Of a DNA stretch of 64,000 nt, positions 56,788 through 64,000 are shown piece by piece; the first letter of the stretch is position 1, and each line of letters starts with the position of its first letter. A program made the translations under genes and the position numbers. The stretch is from TPA_inf: Saccharomyces (taxonomy: Eukaryota). The DNA is taken from assembly GCA_000146045.2 (NCBI GenBank), contig BK006949.2:1-64000 (forward strand). Reading direction: 5' to 3'. The notes beneath the pieces are model-generated. The model was given only the letters and a program-made list of their open reading frames with translations, made no database searches and was not told the DNA's origin.

Positions 56788-58070
56788 ATGGTAGCGCCTG
56801 TGCTTCGGTTACTTCTAAGGAAGTCCACACAAATCAAGATCCGTTAGACGTTTCAGCTTCCAAAACAGAAGAATGTGAGAAGGCTTCCACTAAGGCTAAC
56901 TCTCAACAGACAACAACACCTGCTTCATCAGCTGTTCCAGAGAACCCCCATCATGCCTCTCCTCAACCTGCTTCAGTACCACCTCCACAGAATGGGCCGT
57001 ACCCACAGCAGTGCATGATGACCCAAAACCAAGCCAATCCATCTGGTTGGTCATTTTACGGACACCCATCTATGATTCCGTATACACCTTATCAAATGTC
57101 GCCTATGTACTTTCCACCTGGGCCACAATCACAGTTTCCGCAGTATCCATCATCAGTTGGAACGCCTCTGAGCACTCCATCACCTGAGTCAGGTAATACA
57201 TTTACTGATTCATCCTCAGCGGACTCTGATATGACATCCACTAAAAAATATGTCAGACCACCACCAATGTTAACCTCACCTAATGACTTTCCAAATTGGG
57301 TTAAAACATACATCAAATTTTTACAAAACTCGAATCTCGGTGGTATTATTCCGACAGTAAACGGAAAACCCGTACGTCAGATCACTGATGATGAACTCAC
57401 CTTCTTGTATAACACTTTTCAAATATTTGCTCCCTCTCAATTCCTACCTACCTGGGTCAAAGACATCCTATCCGTTGATTATACGGATATCATGAAAATT
57501 CTTTCCAAAAGTATTGAAAAAATGCAATCTGATACCCAAGAGGCAAACGACATTGTGACCCTGGCAAATTTGCAATATAATGGCAGTACACCTGCAGATG
57601 CATTTGAAACAAAAGTCACAAACATTATCGACAGACTGAACAATAATGGCATTCATATCAATAACAAGGTCGCATGCCAATTAATTATGAGAGGTCTATC
57701 TGGCGAATATAAATTTTTACGCTACACACGTCATCGACATCTAAATATGACAGTCGCTGAACTGTTCTTAGATATCCATGCTATTTATGAAGAACAACAG
57801 GGATCGAGAAACAGCAAACCTAATTACAGGAGAAATCTGAGTGATGAGAAGAATGATTCTCGCAGCTATACGAATACAACCAAACCCAAAGTTATAGCTC
57901 GGAATCCTCAAAAAACAAATAATTCGAAATCGAAAACAGCCAGGGCTCACAATGTATCCACATCTAATAACTCTCCCAGCACGGACAACGATTCCATCAG
58001 TAAATCAACTACTGAACCGATTCAATTGAACAATAAGCACGACCTTCACCTTAGGCCAGGAACTTACTGA
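56748..58070 (+). CDS. TYA: Ty1 TYA (Gag) capsid protein, 440 aa; the ATG lies inside the 5' LTR
   Basis: [61 protein letters not shown]... Confidence 0.92.
58050..58056 (+). promoter_or_regulatory. Ty1 +1 programmed ribosomal frameshift heptamer CUU-AGG-C
   Basis: cttaggc lies 12 nt before the TYA stop (TGA at 58068-70), and the +1 frame is open from here through TYB. Confidence 0.85.
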
Positions 58071-61000
58071 ATCTACGGTAAATCACACTAATCATTCTGA
58101 TGATGAACTCCCTGGACACCTCCTTCTCGATTCAGGAGCATCACGAACCCTTATAAGATCTGCTCATCACATACACTCAGCATCATCTAATCCTGACATA
58201 AACGTAGTTGATGCTCAAAAAAGAAATATACCAATTAACGCTATTGGTGACCTACAATTTCACTTCCAGGACAACACCAAAACATCAATAAAGGTATTGC
58301 ACACTCCTAACATAGCCTATGACTTACTCAGTTTGAATGAATTGGCTGCAGTAGATATCACAGCATGCTTTACCAAAAACGTCTTAGAACGATCTGACGG
58401 CACTGTACTTGCACCTATCGTAAAATATGGAGACTTTTACTGGGTATCTAAAAAGTACTTGCTTCCATCAAATATCTCCGTACCCACCATCAATAATGTC
58501 CATACAAGTGAAAGTACACGCAAATATCCTTATCCTTTCATTCATCGAATGCTTGCGCATGCCAATGCACAGACAATTCGATACTCACTTAAAAATAACA
58601 CCATCACGTATTTTAACGAATCAGATGTCGACTGGTCTAGTGCTATTGACTATCAATGTCCTGATTGTTTAATCGGCAAAAGCACCAAACACAGACATAT
58701 CAAAGGTTCACGACTAAAATACCAAAATTCATACGAACCCTTTCAATACCTACATACTGACATATTTGGTCCAGTTCACAACCTACCAAATAGTGCACCA
58801 TCCTATTTCATCTCATTTACTGATGAGACAACAAAATTCCGTTGGGTTTATCCATTACACGACCGTCGCGAGGACTCTATCCTCGATGTTTTTACTACGA
58901 TACTAGCTTTTATTAAGAACCAGTTTCAGGCCAGTGTCTTGGTTATACAAATGGACCGTGGTTCTGAGTATACTAACAGAACTCTCCATAAATTCCTTGA
59001 AAAAAATGGTATAACTCCATGCTATACAACCACAGCGGATTCCCGAGCACATGGAGTCGCTGAACGGCTCAACCGTACCTTATTAGATGACTGCCGTACT
59101 CAACTGCAATGTAGTGGTTTACCGAACCATTTATGGTTCTCTGCAATCGAATTTTCTACTATTGTGAGAAATTCACTAGCTTCACCTAAAAGCAAAAAAT
59201 CTGCAAGACAACATGCTGGCTTGGCAGGACTTGATATCAGTACTTTGTTACCTTTCGGTCAACCTGTTATCGTCAATGATCACAACCCTAACTCCAAAAT
59301 ACATCCTCGTGGCATCCCAGGCTACGCTCTACATCCGTCTCGAAACTCTTATGGATATATCATCTATCTTCCATCCTTAAAGAAGACAGTAGATACAACT
59401 AACTATGTTATTCTTCAGGGCAAGGAATCCAGATTAGATCAATTCAATTACGACGCACTCACTTTCGATGAAGACTTAAACCGTTTAACTGCTTCATATC
59501 ATTCGTTCATTGCGTCAAATGAGATCCAAGAATCCAATGATCTTAACATAGAATCTGACCATGACTTCCAATCCGACATTGAACTACATCCTGAGCAACC
59601 GAGAAATGTCCTTTCAAAAGCTGTGAGTCCAACCGATTCCACACCTCCGTCAACTCATACTGAAGATTCGAAACGTGTTTCTAAAACCAATATTCGCGCA
59701 CCCAGAGAAGTTGACCCCAACATATCTGAATCTAATATTCTTCCATCAAAGAAGAGATCTAGCACCCCCCAAATTTCCAATATCGAGAGTACCGGTTCGG
59801 GTGGTATGCATAAATTAAATGTTCCTTTACTTGCTCCCATGTCCCAATCTAACACACATGAGTCGTCGCACGCCAGTAAATCTAAAGATTTCAGACACTC
59901 AGACTCGTACAGTGAAAATGAGACTAATCATACAAACGTACCAATATCCAGTACGGGTGGTACCAACAACAAAACTGTTCCGCAGATAAGTGACCAAGAG
60001 ACTGAGAAAAGGATTATACACCGTTCACCTTCAATCGATGCTTCTCCACCGGAAAATAATTCATCGCACAATATTGTTCCTATCAAAACGCCAACTACTG
60101 TTTCTGAACAGAATACCGAGGAATCTATCATCGCTGATCTCCCACTCCCTGATCTACCTCCAGAATCTCCTACCGAATTCCCTGACCCATTTAAAGAACT
60201 CCCACCGATAAATTCTCGTCAAACTAATTCCAGTTTGGGTGGTATTGGTGACTCTAATGCCTATACTACTATCAACAGTAAGAAAAGATCATTAGAAGAT
60301 AATGAAACTGAAATTAAGGTATCACGAGACACATGGAATACTAAGAATATGCGTAGTTTAGAACCTCCGAGATCGAAGAAACGAATTCACCTGATTGCAG
60401 CTGTAAAAGCAGTAAAATCAATCAAACCAATACGGACAACCTTACGATACGATGAGGCAATCACCTATAATAAAGATATTAAAGAAAAAGAAAAATATAT
60501 CGAGGCATACCACAAAGAAGTCAATCAACTGTTGAAGATGAAAACTTGGGACACTGACGAATATTATGACAGAAAAGAAATAGACCCTAAAAGAGTAATA
60601 AACTCAATGTTTATCTTCAACAAGAAACGTGACGGTACTCATAAAGCTAGATTTGTTGCAAGAGGTGATATTCAGCATCCTGACACTTACGACTCAGGCA
60701 TGCAATCCAATACCGTACATCACTATGCATTAATGACATCCCTGTCACTTGCATTAGACAATAACTACTATATTACACAATTAGACATATCTTCGGCATA
60801 TTTGTATGCAGACATCAAAGAAGAATTATACATAAGACCTCCACCACATTTAGGAATGAATGATAAGTTGATACGTTTGAAGAAATCACTTTATGGATTG
60901 AAACAAAGTGGAGCGAACTGGTACGAAACTATCAAATCATACCTGATAAAACAGTGTGGTATGGAAGAAGTTCGTGGATGGTCATGCGTATTTAAGAATA

Positions 61001-62016
61001 GTCAAGTAACAATATGTTTATTTGTTGACGACATGATTTTATTCAGCAAAGACTTAAATGCAAATAAGAAAATCATAACAACACTCAAGAAACAATACGA
61101 TACAAAGATAATAAATCTGGGTGAAAGTGATAACGAAATTCAGTACGACATACTTGGCTTAGAAATCAAATATCAAAGAGGTAAATACATGAAATTAGGT
61201 ATGGAAAACTCATTAACTGAGAAAATACCCAAATTAAACGTACCTTTGAATCCAAAAGGAAGAAAACTTAGCGCTCCAGGTCAACCAGGTCTTTATATAG
61301 ACCAGGATGAACTAGAAATAGATGAAGATGAATACAAAGAGAAGGTACATGAAATGCAAAAGTTGATTGGTCTAGCTTCATATGTTGGATATAAATTTAG
61401 ATTTGACTTACTATACTACATCAACACACTTGCTCAACATATACTATTCCCCTCTAGGCAAGTTTTAGACATGACATATGAGTTGATACAATTCATGTGG
61501 GACACTAGAGATAAACAACTGATATGGCACAAAAACAAACCTACCGAGCCAGATAATAAACTAGTCGCAATAAGTGATGCTTCGTATGGCAACCAACCGT
61601 ATTATAAATCACAAATTGGCAACATATATTTACTTAATGGAAAGGTAATTGGAGGAAAGTCCACCAAGGCTTCATTAACATGTACTTCAACTACGGAAGC
61701 AGAAATACACGCGATAAGTGAATCTGTCCCATTATTAAATAATCTAAGTTACCTGATACAAGAACTTAACAAGAAACCAATTATTAAAGGCTTACTTACT
61801 GATAGTAGATCAACGATCAGTATAATTAAGTCTACAAATGAAGAGAAATTTAGAAACAGATTTTTTGGCACAAAGGCAATGAGACTTAGAGATGAAGTAT
61901 CAGGTAATAATTTATACGTATACTACATCGAGACCAAGAAGAACATTGCTGATGTGATGACAAAACCTCTTCCGATAAAAACATTTAAACTATTAACTAA
62001 CAAATGGATTCATTAG
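58054..62016 (+). CDS. TYB: Ty1 TYB (Pol: protease, integrase, reverse transcriptase/RNase H), expressed as a Gag-Pol fusion by +1 frameshift; join(56748..58052, 58054..62016)
   Basis: Integrase HHCC ([10 protein letters not shown] ... CPDCLIGK) and D,D35E motifs, and the RT YVDDM motif ([10 protein letters not shown]). Stop TAG at 62014-62016. Confidence 0.9.
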
Positions 62017-62038
62017 ATCTATTACATTATGGGTGGTA

Positions 62039-62375
62039 TGTTGGAATAGAAATCAACTATCATCTACTAACTAGTATTTACATTACTAGTATATTATCAT
62101 ATACGGTGTTAGAAGATGACGCAAATGATGAGAAATAGTCATCTAAATTAGTGGAAGCTGAAACGCAAGGATTGATAATGTAATAGGATCAATGAATATA
62201 AACATATAAAACGGAATGAGGAATAATCGTAATATTAGTATGTAGAAATATAGATTCCATTTTGAGGATTCCTATATCCTCGAGGAGAACTTCTAGTATA
62301 TTCTGTATACCTAATATTATAGCCTTTATCAACAATGGAATCCCAACAATTATCTCAACATTCACCCATTTCTCA
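62039..62375 (+). repeat. Ty1 3' LTR (delta)
   Basis: Near-identical to the 5' LTR and followed by the GTTAT target-site duplication. Confidence 0.9.
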
Positions 62376-62388
62376 GTTATACTATCAA

Positions 62389-62719
62389 TGTTGGAATAAA
62401 AATCAACTATCATCTACTAACTAGTATTTACGTTACTAGTATATTATCATATACGGTGTTAGAAGATGACGTAAATGATGAGAAATAGTCATCTAAATTA
62501 GTGGAAGCTGAAACGCAAGGATTGATAATGTAATAGGATCAATGAATATTAACATATAAAATGATGATAATAATATTTATAGAATTGTGTAGAATTGCAG
62601 ATTCCCTTTTATGGATTCCTAAATCCTCGAGGAGAACTTCTAGTATATCTACATACCTAATATTATAGCCTTAATCACAATGGAATCCCAACAATTACAT
62701 CAAAATCCACATGCTCTAC
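62389..62719 (+). repeat. Solo delta LTR, diverged, about 331 bp
   Basis: TGTTGGAATAAAAATCAACTATCATCTACTAACTAGTATTTACGTTACTAG... with several substitutions and a degenerate 3' end. Confidence 0.8.
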
Positions 62720-62722
62720 AAT

Positions 62723-63006
62723 CAATATATTATCATATACGGTGTTAGATGATGACATAAGTTATGAGAAGCTGCCCATCGAAGTTAGAGGAAGCTAAAG
62801 TGCAAGGATTGATAATGTAATAGGATAATCAAACATATAAAACGGAATGAGGAATAATCGTAATATTGGTATATAGAAATTTCGATTTTATTTTGAGGAT
62901 TCCCATACCGCCGAGGAGAGCTTCGAGTATACTCTGTATACATGATATTATAGCCTTTATCAACAATGGAATCCCAACAATTATCTAAAAATTCACCCAC
63001 ATCTCA
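62723..63006 (+). repeat. Solo delta LTR fragment, 5'-truncated and more diverged, about 284 bp
   Basis: Begins inside the delta (ATATTATCATATACGGTGTTAGATGATGAC...) and ends ...CACCCACATCTCA. Confidence 0.75.
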
Positions 63007-63278
63007 ATTTTAGAGTTTCATTTCAACAAAACGCATAACATATATACCAACAATGAATACTGTATACGTTTTTTACAATTTCTTTTGGAGAAAACTCCAC
63101 TGCCTGTGTTGGACTTCATACGAGATTTTTTTCACCGTTGATTTGGAAACACTAGACAAATTGGAGATAAAGGCGCTTCCTTAAACAACAAGCAGACTGC
63201 TATCAAGTATAGTATACAGATCACCATTTATTTTTTTTTTCCCCTTGGTAGTATCATATACTTTTGAAAAGTTGTAGT

Positions 63279-63860
63279 ATGACAGCTCATGCAAATGAAA
63301 GGATTAGCGATGTATCCCCTAGTGCTAGGGGTTCAAGTTCGGAATCGAAGTATGACAAGCTCTGCCGAGTTCTTTTCTTTATTGCAATTACAAAAAGCTC
63401 ATTCACTCCGGAGCACATATTGTATAAGCATTCAATATTTACTGATAAGCCAATTTTAGCTGATATAGTTACTTTTATGTATGCGGCGTTTGTTTCCATT
63501 GGATGGTTTCTGATATGGGGGGAAAGAGCATACAGAACTCAAGAAATGGGTCAACCTCCAATGTACTCGAATATAAACTATCACCTTTTAAGTTTTAAGA
63601 AAAGACACCCCAAGAAATTTACATGTGCGTTATGGTTGGTATTTTTCCTTGCATATACGGTTTTGACAGTTTTAATTTGGTTAGTTCAGTTGATTTTTCG
63701 AAAAGGTAATGTTTTTCAAATGTTATTGCAACTTATTATATTAGATATCGCCATTGCATTGGTCAATGTAGCAATTGCATTCACTTTTGAAATATATCTT
63801 TCACAGAAAGCCGCTATCGAGATTCGCGACGAAGGTTTAAATAATCTTGACACCGCTTAA
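63279..63860 (+). CDS. Putative small membrane protein of unknown function, 193 aa (YPL257W)
   Basis: [28 protein letters not shown]... followed by 4 predicted TM segments. Start at the second ATG of the ORF. Confidence 0.7.
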
Positions 63861-64000
63861 TGGAATGGTAGTCGAAAGGTAAGAAGTACGCAGCAAATTC
63901 AACCAGAATACACACTGTACCTTTTAAAATTTTACTCATAGTAGATAATGGCATAAATCAGTGGTAAAAAAAGAATACGCATGACAAATTTTGAAAACCG

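Larger units (their letters stand above)
56452..62375 (+). mobile_element. Full-length Ty1 (copia-type) LTR retrotransposon with intact TYA and TYB and a 5-bp target-site duplication GTTAT
   Basis: 5' LTR 56452-56787 and 3' LTR 62039-62375, both TG...CA. GTTAT lies at 56447-56451 and again at 62376-62380. It is inserted about 180 bp upstream of the tRNA-Trp 5' end. Confidence 0.92.

Noticed and set aside
58427-60211. Small ORFs (81, 66, 67 and 73 aa) inside Ty1
   Set aside because: They are alternate frames or antisense within TYB.

Overview
This window reads as the left end of Saccharomyces cerevisiae chromosome XVI, about the first 64 kb of an S288C-like sequence. The identification comes from recognising the encoded proteins and repeat families by eye; no search was run.

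From 1 to about 7.5 kb it is subtelomeric: a long Y' element carrying the YRF1-type helicase gene, which has a short 5' exon and an intron, then the X-element combinatorial repeats and core X with an ARS consensus.

Next comes a subtelomeric paralogous gene block: PAU22, ERR2, HSP32, FEX2, a frameshifted YOR389W-type gene (YPL277C/YPL278C) and a disabled formate dehydrogenase (FDH2, YPL276W/YPL275W).

The rest of the window is ordinary single-copy chromosome: SAM3, SAM4, PBI1, ATP15, MDL2, KAR9, PLC1, ACM1, DIM1, DIP5, YPL264C, KEL3, FUM1, YPL261C, CUB1, APM1, THI21, and an intron-containing tRNA-Trp(CCA). Upstream of the tRNA sits a full-length Ty1 element with a GTTAT target-site duplication and both LTRs, surrounded by solo and partial delta LTRs. 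YPL257W follows.

No CRISPR or prokaryotic-type features are present. I do not see a previously undescribed system in this window. Every large ORF matches a known yeast protein. The findings are known-family oddities worth a second look: pseudogenising lesions, a non-consensus splice site, and promoter motifs and a GC-rich island in ORF-free stretches.
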